DNA from: a virus
Virus genome (UHGV): UHGV-0157498
DNA: 42,984 nucleotides
Strand: one strand, 5' to 3'
The position numbers and the translations under genes are program-made. Below, in pieces: positions 8,599 to 18,025 of this stretch; positions within the stretch are counted from its first letter, which is position 1, and every line of letters starts with the position of its first letter. The notes under the pieces were generated by a model. The model was given only the letters and a program-made list of their open reading frames with translations. It searched no databases and was not told the origin of the DNA.

Positions 8599-8660
8599 CA
8601 TATGCCGGATACTTTTACTCCGATCAAAATTTCGTGTCATACATCATCAAAAAATAAAAA

Positions 8661-8703
8661 GCTGGGAGGACTTTGCTTGCCCTCTCAGCTTATGTCTTTA
8701 TTC
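8661..8703 (-). terminator. terminator hairpin, diverged copy of 11563-11605
   Basis: GCTGAGAGGGC/GTCCTCCCAGC + T-tract on minus; 35/43 identical to the other copy. Confidence 0.65.
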
Positions 8704-8820
8704 TGGTTTTCTTTTATTCGCCACTTTTCAAAATCTCCGTTTTTTACTGCTTCTTCCGCTTCAGCAAATAGTAAAAGTTAGATAAAAAAGAAGGGGCAGC
8801 TTTTCGGCTGTCCCTAACTT

Positions 8821-9306
8821 TTAAAATTCATCGATCATCGGGCAATCGTGATGATCCATCTCTTTTAGATCATCTATGCTCACATAGTACTTTATGAGCG
8901 CGTATGCAATGTCTCTTTTTCCTGGTGCGGCGTTCAGGTCAAAAGTAAATGGCATCTTCCGGAGCGCATCGTTGTATGCCGCTGAAAAGATCATGTATGC
9001 CCGCGTATGTAGTTTTGCCGGTCTCTCGCCGGATTTCTGATTCCGGTAATCCTCTGCGATTCCTTTCCAGCTCAAATCCTCCGGAATCTCTGACGTAATA
9101 TATACGCGCTCCGCGTAATCATCCGGCAGTTTTTCTACTTCGATGTACGCATATCTCCGCTGCCCGTCTTTCTCGTATCTAAATACGATATCCTCAATAT
9201 ACGGGAGTGCGGTATATTTCACTCCGTTTTGCTTCAAGACCTCTTCAAAAGGTCCATCGATGACCTGATATATTACCTCTACACCATAATGATTAAATTT
9301 TTCCAT
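8821..9306 (-). CDS. hypothetical moron protein
   Basis: ORF 161 aa, AAGGAG RBS, terminator ~8786-8815. Confidence 0.7.
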   Translation of the reverse strand: MEKFNHYGVEVIYQVIDGPFEEVLKQNGVKYTALPYIEDIVFRYEKDGQRRYAYIEVEKLPDDYAERVYITSEIPEDLSWKGIAEDYRNQKSGERPAKLHTRAYMIFSAAYNDALRKMPFTFDLNAAPGKRDIAYALIKYYVSIDDLKEMDHHDCPMIDEF

Positions 9307-9415
9307 TTTTTCTTCTCCTTTTTCATTTTCTTTTTCCAGCCGATCCAGTTCAGCATCATTTGTTCTTCTGCTACTTCAATTTTTCCCCAAGCCTTTTTCG
9401 AATTATCTTTCGCTT

Positions 9416-9715
9416 TTACCCATATACTTCTTCCGCAACTTGGACTGGCTTTCCTGTCGGATTCCCAGGAACATCCCCGCTTTTGTACAGGTAAATAATT
9501 ATTTTGTTTCCATCGGTGTATATTTCGCCATCTGTAAATATCATTTTTTTATACTCTATTGCCTTCATTCCGCTTGCCAGCTCCACTATTTCTGCGCCAT
9601 CCAGAAGAACTATTTTCGTCTCGTCCGGATCGCATCTCCATGTATGCGGGTTTAAACATACTTTTATTCCTCCCTTTTCCGGATAACATCTGTAAGCCTT
9701 CCCGATCGTTCTCAT
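9416..9715 (-). CDS. hypothetical moron protein
   Basis: MRTIGKAY..., AAGGAGG RBS. Confidence 0.6.
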   Translation of the reverse strand: MRTIGKAYRCYPEKGGIKVCLNPHTWRCDPDETKIVLLDGAEIVELASGMKAIEYKKMIFTDGEIYTDGNKIIIYLYKSGDVPGNPTGKPVQVAEEVYG

Positions 9716-9719
9716 TTTT

Positions 9720-9917
9720 TTATTCCTCCTTGTTATTTGCTTCCATTTTCTGGTCAATCAGCTCTATTATAAACCTACTTACGCTTTTTCCGTCTGCTTC
9801 TGCAGCCTTCTTTATCTCCCTTGCTTTTTCTTTCGGAACGGTTATTCTTATAACCTGCTTATCCTGCATGTACTTTTCGATCGCTCTTGCCTGTCCTTCT
9901 GTGTATTTTGCTCCCAT
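9720..9917 (-). CDS. ribbon-helix-helix (Arc/CopG-like) regulator
   Basis: IRITVPKEKAREIKKAAEADGKSVSRFIIELID. Confidence 0.8.
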   Translation of the reverse strand: MGAKYTEGQARAIEKYMQDKQVIRITVPKEKAREIKKAAEADGKSVSRFIIELIDQKMEANNKEE

Positions 9918-9918
9918 C

Positions 9919-10428
9919 TCATTTCTCCTTGTTCATTTTTTTCCATCGCTCCGGAAATTGTTCCGCGTACCATTCGCAAAAATTATTATACATCTCTTTT
10001 TCTGCGCTTTCTCTCGCCGCTATCGCATCTTCTATTTTGTGATAACTCCCCAAATGATACCTTTTCCCCTTAAAATATATATACGCAACATAGCTTTGTT
10101 GTCTTCCTTTTTGCCGCTGCAGCGATACCCCCTTATGCCCCGCGCTATTGTTCTTTTGGGTTTTTCCAGACATTATTCTAGATACATTTGTCCCGTCCAC
10201 CTGTCCCAGTTTTGTTTTTATGTCCATTGTCTTCAGATTTTTTTCTTTTTGGCATCCGCAGCTTGTAATCTGTCCGCTTTTTACCTGGCTCAGCCTTTTT
10301 TCCACATGCTTTCCGCATAAAAGGCATTCAAACTCCCATATGTAAGTTCCCTTATATTTTTCACCAGTATTTCTTATTGCCTTAAGGTTCCCGTATATTT
10401 TTCCTGTTGCGTCCACTTTCTTTCCCAT
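9919..10428 (-). CDS. AP2-domain DNA-binding protein
   Basis: CLLCG...SCGC; NNSAGHKGV...YHLGSY..IEDAIAARESAE. Confidence 0.8.
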   Translation of the reverse strand: MGKKVDATGKIYGNLKAIRNTGEKYKGTYIWEFECLLCGKHVEKRLSQVKSGQITSCGCQKEKNLKTMDIKTKLGQVDGTNVSRIMSGKTQKNNSAGHKGVSLQRQKGRQQSYVAYIYFKGKRYHLGSYHKIEDAIAARESAEKEMYNNFCEWYAEQFPERWKKMNKEK

Positions 10429-10473
10429 TTATTTTCCCCTCCGGTTATATTTATACTATATCACACGTATGTA

Positions 10474-10560
10474 TATATGCCTATATACACTTTAAACAAA
10501 TATATGCGTACATATTTGTTAATTTCCCCAATTGATATATATGCTTATATATGTTACTAT
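10474..10560. promoter_or_regulatory. three TATATGCNTAYATA operators in divergent promoter region
   Basis: 10474-10487, 10501-10514, 10538-10551; last lies in spacer of TTGATA-17-TACTAT. Confidence 0.6.
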
Positions 10561-10604
10561 ATCAACATAAGGAACGGGAAACACCCGATAAGGAGGAAAG
10601 CAAA

Positions 10605-10769
10605 ATGAAGAAAGAGTTTTTAGAAAAAGTCAAACACGAAGGCATCGTAGATACCAGAAAATACAGATATGTGTATTCGAACGGAGAGATCAAAAGACTC
10701 CCCATTGAATATCTCGACACGACAGCTGCTCTTTCCGAATGGGAAGTTGTTCTTAGCTTCGTGAAATAA
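10605..10769 (+). CDS. 54-aa hypothetical protein
   Basis: AAGGAGG RBS, own promoter, terminator 10783-10805. Confidence 0.7.
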   Translation: MKKEFLEKVKHEGIVDTRKYRYVYSNGEIKRLPIEYLDTTAALSEWEVVLSFVK

Positions 10770-11013
10770 TTACTTCAAGCACAAAAGAGCCTTACGGCTC
10801 TTTTGTTGTTTGAAAATATATTTTTTCAACCCACACCGCTACGCGGTGACTACATTTTTATAGTACACTGGTTTTTATCAGTTGTCAAATTATTTTTGTC
10901 CAAATAATCCCCGCTGTAAAAAGATTCAAGAAGCATCGAAAACAGAGAAAGAAATTGTAGAAAACAGATAAATAAAAAGGGGACAAGCAAATAAATTAGC
11001 TTATAGTGGCGAA

Positions 11014-11424
11014 TCACAAGCGCCATTTTTTTTCTTTTCCGTCCCACTTAAAACCCTTGTCTTTAAGCGTACCCCGTAATCCGTAGGTCTGCCCAGAAAC
11101 AGATTTGACCTTGTTCCAGTTTACGCCAAAAACGTCCCCGTCTTCGGCTCCTGCCTTTAATTTATAAGTGAGGTACTGCGTCCTGTTTGACTTCGCTGTT
11201 TTGTCTCTTTCTACCGGAGTGGCATATGCAAAGGCAAGTTCTCCGTTTCCGGCATCGATTGCCTCTAAAATATCGCTTTTATAATACCCAGGGGAGTACC
11301 CGCGTGCTTCTCTGTAAACAGTTTCGATTGTTTTTTCTTTGGCGCTTCTGTCAATAACTCCGCTGCTTCCGCTCATACCGCTTTGACCGCCGCGCCCACC
11401 GAAAAACTGTAAATTTATCACCAT
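11014..11424 (-). CDS. GGRG-N-terminus protein with Prp-type NLQFF leader
   Basis: MVINLQFF-GGRGGQSG..., GGAGGTGG RBS. Confidence 0.75.
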   Translation of the reverse strand: MVINLQFFGGRGGQSGMSGSSGVIDRSAKEKTIETVYREARGYSPGYYKSDILEAIDAGNGELAFAYATPVERDKTAKSNRTQYLTYKLKAGAEDGDVFGVNWNKVKSVSGQTYGLRGTLKDKGFKWDGKEKKWRL

Positions 11425-11561
11425 GCCGCCACCTCCGCAACGTTAAATTTATCGCTAAACGGCTTTATCCTGATTATATCACCTTTGCAATCGTCTGGTA
11501 CAGATCCATAAAAGATAATCTTATCAGGACATAGCCGCTTCATCATTTCATCATAGCCTGC
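11418..11561 (-). pseudogene. C-terminal remnant of a DUF4417 gene
   Basis: AGYDEMMKRLCPDKIIFYGSVPDDCKGDIIRIKPFSDKFN, 26/40 identical to the C-terminus of 23551-24201. Confidence 0.85.
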
Positions 11562-11599
11562 GGCCGGGAGGACTTTGAATGTTCTCTCGGCCTATATCT

Positions 11600-12382
11600 T
11601 TATTCCAAGATCTTAACCTTATGGACAATCCCATTAATTCCCATCGCCGCAAACTGCTGCCGGATAACCTCTGCCTGCTCGCGTGTCCATACATCAGCTA
11701 CGGATACTGTATAAATCACTCCCGGCTCTTCCGCAGGCTGCGACCATGCCGCAGGATCATCATATGCCATGTCAAGGTCTACATCTCCCTTGATGCCTGG
11801 AACCTCTCCACAGCTCGTGTACTGCCATCCAGATATGTTTCCGTCAACATCGGGCTTGTATTCCTGATCCGGCTCGTCATCAAACTGCATCGTTCGATAA
11901 CCTTTGTAGTATCGAGCCACCCACAGCCGTGTCCCAGCAAACGCGTCAAAGTCCAGCCAGCGCTCCTTATAAACATACAGCCCGATATATAGCCCAAATC
12001 CGTAACCCGCCGTCGTGATGACTTCCTGTGCCGCTCTGATGCACTTTGTCAGTTTTTTAATGCCCAACGGATGCAACACATCTTTGTCCTCTACATCCCA
12101 CCAGACCATTGTTCCGGTCAGCCCGTGAGACTGTAATAATTCTACGACCTGCTGAGCTTCTCCACGCGCCGTTTCCGGCGTGGCTGCGTAGGTGTACTTA
12201 TATACAGACAATGGTATATTGTGCTTTCGGCAGCCTTCCAGATTTGCAGCAAACTGATGATCTTCCTTGCCCGATCGGCGCACACTGCGCAAGATTGCGA
12301 ATGCAACTTTTGACGCTGCAACCTGTGCCCAGTCTATCACGCCTTGATTATCCGAAACGTCAATTCCTTTCCACATTTGCAT
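11600..12382 (-). CDS. endolysin, GH25 muramidase
   Basis: KGIDVS..QG.IDW, WDVE, WQYTS.G.VPGI.G.VDLD. Confidence 0.92.
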   Translation of the reverse strand: MQMWKGIDVSDNQGVIDWAQVAASKVAFAILRSVRRSGKEDHQFAANLEGCRKHNIPLSVYKYTYAATPETARGEAQQVVELLQSHGLTGTMVWWDVEDKDVLHPLGIKKLTKCIRAAQEVITTAGYGFGLYIGLYVYKERWLDFDAFAGTRLWVARYYKGYRTMQFDDEPDQEYKPDVDGNISGWQYTSCGEVPGIKGDVDLDMAYDDPAAWSQPAEEPGVIYTVSVADVWTREQAEVIRQQFAAMGINGIVHKVKILE

Positions 12383-12642
12383 TACCTCACAACAAAATTC
12401 TCCCACTTCTTGTATGCATCCACATACGTTTCCTGCTTGTCCCCATTATGCGTGATTTCGTAATACATACCGTCAGAAACAGTTGTGCTCAACAGCGCTT
12501 TATGGTTCTGAAGCGTCTTGCAGTACCAAACCACATATACATCATCCTGTGTAATCTGCTTCTGGTCGGTTTTGTCCGCATGGCTGTTGAAATAGTCAGC
12601 GACAATCTGTTTGCTCTTTTCCAAAAATTCTTTGCTTCCCAT
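12382..12642 (-). CDS. DUF6275-like protein
   Basis: VYVVWYCKTLQNHKALLSTTVSDGMYYEITHNGDK.E.YVDAYKKWEN. Confidence 0.75.
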   Translation of the reverse strand: MGSKEFLEKSKQIVADYFNSHADKTDQKQITQDDVYVVWYCKTLQNHKALLSTTVSDGMYYEITHNGDKQETYVDAYKKWENFVVR

Positions 12643-12646
12643 ACTT

Positions 12647-12964
12647 TCAATCCTCCGTATAATCTTCAATCACAGCAATTCCGTACTCAATGGCGCAAGT
12701 ATTTTCGATGCGACATCCTCTTGCGTTTTCCCAGCCTTTTGCAAAATATGCAATGTCTGCCGTAGAAAGCAATTCCAAAGATTTTCCCAAAAACCACAGA
12801 GGTCTCGCATCCGCAGGCGCGCTCTAGAAAAACGAATCAATAACCTCTACTTCTTCGTTCTCTGCAAAATTTCTCTTTGCGCTGGCAATTGCCTTTTCCC
12901 TCTCTTTTAAAATTTCATCATCTGTTTTGCCTTTCATCGGCTGTGAAATAAAAAGTTTTTTCAT
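12647..12964 (-). pseudogene. nucleoside deoxyribosyltransferase-like (DUF4406-like) gene with in-frame TAG
   Basis: MKKLFISQPMKGK...DSFF*SAPADARPLWFLGKSLELL...GWENARGCRIE; TAG at 12824-12826. Confidence 0.75.
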
Positions 12965-13051
12965 ATTCTACTCTCCTTATCATTTTATGAGGGCGACCGA
13001 AGCCGCCCCAGAATCACGCTTAACCCCGCGCCGGGAGATAATCGGATCACC

Positions 13052-13273
13052 TTATCCTTCCTTGTCTGCTTCAATAGCTGCCGCATCTGTCAAACCCTCG
13101 CCGATGACATAGCCGATAACCGTAGCACCAGCCATGATCAGCGCAGAGATCTGTGTGGCTTCATTTTCCGTCCCTCCGCAAGCCACAATCATCAGCGTCA
13201 CAAATGATGCCACGCTCATCCAAAGCTTTCTGCTTGTCAGTTTTCGCATCCAATCAATCTTTTTCATTGTCAT
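13052..13273 (-). CDS. holin (2 TM)
   Basis: IDWMRKLTSRKLW...YVIGEGLTD. Confidence 0.75.
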   Translation of the reverse strand: MTMKKIDWMRKLTSRKLWMSVASFVTLMIVACGGTENEATQISALIMAGATVIGYVIGEGLTDAAAIEADKEG

Positions 13274-13866
13274 ACCTCCTTAATTTTGTATATGCTTCCA
13301 TCCGGATATTTGATGTCTAGAGCTAACACCTCCGGCTGCAGCTTTTCGTGATAAATGTCATCCCCGCCGGCAGCTTCGTACACATTCCCCAGCTCTCGGA
13401 AGGTCTTTAATCCGTCCGGCGTCACATATCTCTGTGATGTAAATTCCTTATGTAGCCGCCACAGAGTTGTACGTAGCGAAGCAATCGTGCGTTCGTTGTC
13501 CTTCTGGATGTACTCTTCCAGCATCCGAGTTATATTCTTTACATCCTGCTTCAATTCAATCTGTTTTTCGTACAAATCGTCCTGCCTTCTGGCAAGATTG
13601 TCCCTGATCGTAATAGATTGCTGGTGGTACTCCTCTTGCTTTGACACGACTCCACTTTGCAGCTCCTCGATATGTGAATAGACTGCTGCGATCTCCTTTT
13701 CACGCTGTTTCCGGAAAAGATTCTTTTTCTTTACCAACCCCAGTGCGTCAAGGACCTTATTCCAGCTTTCCACGATAGTCGGGATAAACATAAACACACC
13801 AGCGATCACAACCGCTATCGTCCCCCACCCAACATTTTCCGCCTTTTCTATCAGTTCAATAAGCAT
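13270..13866 (-). CDS. membrane-anchored coiled-coil lysis-region protein
   Basis: N-terminal TM, YEAAGGD motif, upstream of holin. Confidence 0.65.
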   Translation of the reverse strand: MLIELIEKAENVGWGTIAVVIAGVFMFIPTIVESWNKVLDALGLVKKKNLFRKQREKEIAAVYSHIEELQSGVVSKQEEYHQQSITIRDNLARRQDDLYEKQIELKQDVKNITRMLEEYIQKDNERTIASLRTTLWRLHKEFTSQRYVTPDGLKTFRELGNVYEAAGGDDIYHEKLQPEVLALDIKYPDGSIYKIKEV

Positions 13867-13880
13867 TTCCTACGCCTTTC

Positions 13881-14312
13881 TCATTCGCTGGCTTCTTTCC
13901 ATACACTATCCGTTCCTACGGCTCCCGGCTCCCATACATTATTGTCGACCAGAGATTCCCAGACCTTACTATTGTGTTTTACCTTATCGCCTTTTTTATA
14001 TCCGTTTGTGCTTCCCGGCTGCTCCCAGTCCGGTGTTACGTTCGGGTCTGGGATAAGAACTTTTGCGAACAGGGACGGTGCCGCCTCCGGAGTCCACTGC
14101 TCCTGTTTATCGTGGTCAGACAGGACATTGTACAGCACTTTATTATAAGTGCACCGCTGCCCTTTTGTCAGATGTGTTCCGTCCTTCAGTGCTTCCCATT
14201 CAGGGTACAGCGACGGCACGAGCAAAGCCTGTGCATCCGTGTTATCCACAGCGCTGATTTTAGCCTGCTCTAGCATTGCCAGGAGATTTTCTTTCGCTTT
14301 TTCCGTAAACAT
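13881..14312 (-). CDS. tail-associated protein with CBM5/12-like carbohydrate-binding modules
   Basis: WTPEAAPSLF, YKKGDKVKHNSKVWESLVDNNVWEPG. Confidence 0.75.
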   Translation of the reverse strand: MFTEKAKENLLAMLEQAKISAVDNTDAQALLVPSLYPEWEALKDGTHLTKGQRCTYNKVLYNVLSDHDKQEQWTPEAAPSLFAKVLIPDPNVTPDWEQPGSTNGYKKGDKVKHNSKVWESLVDNNVWEPGAVGTDSVWKEASE

Positions 14313-14313
14313 A

Positions 14314-14751
14314 TCATTTGTCCTCCAAAATACCGTTGATTTCATTGATGCCGGACGTGATGCTGGAAACATCGTTTTCCAGCTTTGTGACTTTATCAGT
14401 CAGTCCATCCGGCAGCCCTGCTTCTTCAACTTTTTCCATATGCACCGTACATACAGCCACATGGGATTCCACAAACCCGCTTTCTGTGGTTGCGTCCTCC
14501 TGCTCGTAATTGATGGATGCTATCACGTCAGGCGTATATTCCATCCCCGCAAATCTTTTGAATCCTGCATACCCGCATATTAAGTCGAGCCCGATATAAT
14601 ATCGCATCACAGCCGTATTTGCAGCATCTGAAAACATATCTATAATATTTTTCACATCGCTGCTTTTTATAGAGATTTGTAATGATTTCCCGCTTTGGAC
14701 AATTCCATCAATCTCCAATTCTTTCCCAGATTTAAATACGATTTTTCTCAT
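14314..14751 (-). CDS. tail-associated hypothetical protein
   Basis: ORF 145 aa, C-terminal coiled coil. Confidence 0.65.
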   Translation of the reverse strand: MRKIVFKSGKELEIDGIVQSGKSLQISIKSSDVKNIIDMFSDAANTAVMRYYIGLDLICGYAGFKRFAGMEYTPDVIASINYEQEDATTESGFVESHVAVCTVHMEKVEEAGLPDGLTDKVTKLENDVSSITSGINEINGILEDK

Positions 14752-14788
14752 ATTCTTACCTCTTTTCTGTTAGTATTTTAGGTTTTTT

Positions 14789-15451
14789 CTACATATCCCC
14801 GTAAAAATACACTGTGCCGGTTAATCCTACCCCTCGGTTCTCAACAGAGTTTGCTGGTCCGTTTTGAGACTTATTGCCTGCACATCCGGTAATTGTAATA
14901 GTCCCAGTTGATGCATCATATCCCAAGGCAGGTGAACAAGTGGCAACAGGATCATAAGCTGCCCTACCTCCATAGTCGCTATCTCTATGCGAGCTTGATG
15001 TTGTGGCATTTGTAACTACAAAAGCAAAGTCCTCTGCAGTCAATTTTTCATAGCCGGATATCTGCCTGGCAACAGAAAACGATCCATTTCCAACCCCTGA
15101 TTTAATAACATGCCGATCTGTCTTACCCAATTTTTTTGTTACTGTATCAGCACCAGTGGAGTATGTAATATAAACCCCGTCCTCTCTAGCGTCCATGCCT
15201 TTGATCGCACCATTGTCGTTGAGTGAATCAATATTGGTCTTTGCATTCGCAAATCCGTTTGCGATTCGCTGTTCTAGGTCGTTCATGTTTTTAGTGTTAA
15301 ACGCATCGCCCTCCTGCGATACCTGCCCCTCACTGCGGGAAACGTCATACGTTGTTGATTCTCCGTTTGCAACGTTTCTCAGAAGCCGACGTCCTGCAAA
15401 TTCCACAAGGCGGGCTTTCCATTCTTTCGGAGTAAACCATGTTTCTGCCAT
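14789..15451 (-). CDS. putative receptor-binding/tail fibre protein
   Basis: QEGDAFNTKNMNDLE motif, linker GADTVTKKLG, compositionally distinct C-terminus. Confidence 0.6.
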   Translation of the reverse strand: MAETWFTPKEWKARLVEFAGRRLLRNVANGESTTYDVSRSEGQVSQEGDAFNTKNMNDLEQRIANGFANAKTNIDSLNDNGAIKGMDAREDGVYITYSTGADTVTKKLGKTDRHVIKSGVGNGSFSVARQISGYEKLTAEDFAFVVTNATTSSSHRDSDYGGRAAYDPVATCSPALGYDASTGTITITGCAGNKSQNGPANSVENRGVGLTGTVYFYGDM

Positions 15452-15912
15452 TATAAAATTCCTATTCCTTCCCCGGCGTAGATTTCATCGCCGCAATAAT
15501 AATAACTGCCCATAACTCTGTCATATACATATTTGACATCGTGCAAGATCCGTTCTATGGCGTTCCATTTTTGATAAGTAGTCAGCGGCGGGTCTGGTGT
15601 GGCAGGCGTATCTTTCAGAGCACTCCACGCTTCACGGATCCGCTGCACGTTGTCGCGGATCCGTTTAAAATCACTTGCTCGCGGAACCTGATCCGCCCCC
15701 CACATCTTTACCGTCACGCTTACCGCCAAAGTTTCAGCGATCTCACGGATGTTACTTTCAATCCGGTTCAAATCCGCTACATTCAACGCTCCCTTCATTC
15801 CGGCAGCCCATTCTATTTTTTCTTCTTCGGAGATTGTCCCTGCAGCGTATTTATCATTCAAAACCTTTACACGTTCAACGTCCGCCTGCGTTCGGTCATA
15901 CACCCATTCCAT
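15451..15912 (-). CDS. baseplate/tail protein
   Basis: YDRTQADVER...KGALN..DLNRIE. Confidence 0.65.
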   Translation of the reverse strand: MEWVYDRTQADVERVKVLNDKYAAGTISEEEKIEWAAGMKGALNVADLNRIESNIREIAETLAVSVTVKMWGADQVPRASDFKRIRDNVQRIREAWSALKDTPATPDPPLTTYQKWNAIERILHDVKYVYDRVMGSYYYCGDEIYAGEGIGIL

Positions 15913-17636
15913 CAGAAAATCCCTACCTCCTCATCAGCATACAGCTCGCCGGAATAATACTCTTCTGTTGTTATTTTATAATATCCACGGCATTTTGCCG
16001 TACCCACAAATCCACCTGTAAGGTCAACACTAAGGGATTCTATACAGGCAACAAAATTTCCGTGCATTTTCAAGGTATTTTCAACCTCCGCCCAGTCCCC
16101 CGCTTTTTCCTCTGCGGACAAATGACGTGTCTGGATGATCTGCTGGAGTTGGTAATAATCCAGGATATTGTCTGCAACCTTCTGTGCGCTTTCGTAATTT
16201 AAAAGCGTTCCTGTAAATGTTTTTGTGTTCCGCACCTCGCCGGACTTTATATGCTCGATTCTGGACAGTGTAGCCAGCTCTGTACCAACATATTTGTGCC
16301 CCGTGATCGTGACCTCTGCACGTGCGTTTCCCGCGATTTCCAGCACAACATAGTACGGCATTTGTTTGACAATCCTCCCCGCAGATGCGCTCATGTTCGC
16401 TGCCGGGCTTGTGAGCTGAATTGTATGTATCCCCGGATCGTATGTGCCTTTCGTAATCTCGCTTTCCGCCGCGTCCAACACCCACGTTTTATATTTTACG
16501 CTTACGTCTGACACATAAGGATCTGCCTTTAACGTCGTGGAAAATTTCCGGCTGCGCGGAATCGTTGTCGATATTTTTCTGGTCGATTTTCGTATTTCGA
16601 TTCCAGACCGGCGGGATGTGTTCATAATCGCAGCGCAAGCGAACAATACCTCACGCAGAGCTTTTTGACAGGTCTGGATTTTAAGCGTGCCATACAGCGG
16701 CGTTTTCGCCACCTCTTCCTCTACTGTATAATCTTCAATCCCTGCCGCTGTCATAATCTCTTCGATCACACTTCCCGCCGTTTCTCCGTCGTATATCCGC
16801 CCGTCTTTAAAATCCACATTAGCAAGCATCCCTTTGTAGTCGATCGCCGATATTTGTGTGACGTTTTTTGCGGTACTGTTGGATTCCATAAAAAACACGC
16901 CCAGCGGCATCTTCACGCCGTCAACGATTTCGTATGGCAACATTCTTTGCTTTTTCTGCAATGTTTTGTGCAACCCGTTAATGTTTCCAACATTAAAATC
17001 ATCATCAGTGTCAACAAAGTCAAACGTGAGTTTGTCCGTTTTAATCTGATTACTGATAGGATCTGTGTCATTTATAAGTTTCGCGCTTTTTATGACATCG
17101 GGGCCCCAGATAAACGTTGTGCCATACTCGAGATAGTTTAACTTTACATTGTGCCACGGTAGGGCACGTACAAATCGGATTTCAATGCGTCCGTATTCCT
17201 CCACCTGGTTTTCGGCAAAATAATTCAGTTTGTCCGGGAAGAAACGTTTTTGCGATTTATATGTACCGCCGAGGTCGTACCATGTCACTTCCATCTCCAG
17301 CGGGAATGTTTCCGAAAAATGAAAAGTCAGCCCGATAGAGGTATGATTTTCGGTAAAATCTATTCTGATTACAGGCTGTTTTGTGAAAATTCCATCTGCG
17401 CCCGCTTGCACATCCGAAAAAAATGGGATGTCCGTCGGCGTGTCTGGCATTTCGCTAAGACTCCCATCCAACACGAAAAAATTATGTTCCAGTGTAGCGT
17501 ATTTTGGTGGGCTGCCTTTTGACTTAAACAGCCCCATATCCCCAAAAGCAGCATTGCTCTCTGTGCTTTCTTTTGCATCAGGCAGAGCAGTCGTGTCATA
17601 CAGATTGTATTCGACATAAGATTCTGTTTTCATCAT
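15912..17636 (-). CDS. tail tip/baseplate hub protein
   Basis: 574 aa, position after Dit. Confidence 0.7.
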   Translation of the reverse strand: MMKTESYVEYNLYDTTALPDAKESTESNAAFGDMGLFKSKGSPPKYATLEHNFFVLDGSLSEMPDTPTDIPFFSDVQAGADGIFTKQPVIRIDFTENHTSIGLTFHFSETFPLEMEVTWYDLGGTYKSQKRFFPDKLNYFAENQVEEYGRIEIRFVRALPWHNVKLNYLEYGTTFIWGPDVIKSAKLINDTDPISNQIKTDKLTFDFVDTDDDFNVGNINGLHKTLQKKQRMLPYEIVDGVKMPLGVFFMESNSTAKNVTQISAIDYKGMLANVDFKDGRIYDGETAGSVIEEIMTAAGIEDYTVEEEVAKTPLYGTLKIQTCQKALREVLFACAAIMNTSRRSGIEIRKSTRKISTTIPRSRKFSTTLKADPYVSDVSVKYKTWVLDAAESEITKGTYDPGIHTIQLTSPAANMSASAGRIVKQMPYYVVLEIAGNARAEVTITGHKYVGTELATLSRIEHIKSGEVRNTKTFTGTLLNYESAQKVADNILDYYQLQQIIQTRHLSAEEKAGDWAEVENTLKMHGNFVACIESLSVDLTGGFVGTAKCRGYYKITTEEYYSGELYADEEVGIF

Positions 17637-18025
17637 GGTCTCCTTGCCGGTTCTTTCGCCGTAAACTTGCAGGTAAACCCTTTATAATCAGCGCTATCCT
17701 GTGTTATCTTCTCGTATTCATCAGAGACGCTGGATATATAAGCTGTGTATTCGTAATAACCAGGATCTGACGGCAGCGAAATAATATGGAATGGGACGGG
17801 CTCTGTAACCTTATCCCAGAAACGTTTATATACGCCATCCGGGAACGAGCTGCTCTTCCCGACCGACATTGTGTAGTTAAAATACACGCCTATCAATTCA
17901 CGCTGGAGCTCTCCCGTTTCAACTCTTTCGGCGAATTTGTCGAGGAAATCCGCGTTTCTTTTTATGGACACGATGGGGATGTTAAAATACTCCCCATCTA
18001 TGTATATGCCGCGTGTAAAAATCAT
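17633..18025 (-). CDS. distal tail protein-like
   Basis: immediately after tape measure. Confidence 0.65.
   Translation of the reverse strand: MIFTRGIYIDGEYFNIPIVSIKRNADFLDKFAERVETGELQRELIGVYFNYTMSVGKSSSFPDGVYKRFWDKVTEPVPFHIISLPSDPGYYEYTAYISSVSDEYEKITQDSADYKGFTCKFTAKEPARRP

Noticed and set aside
12824..12826. Genome-wide TAG recoding (code 15)
   Set aside because: Single case; TAG ends genes at 23085, 24982 and 37421; no CUA tRNA
14789..15120. DGR or invertible receptor-binding switch
   Set aside because: No reverse transcriptase, template repeat or invertase seen; only a composition shift
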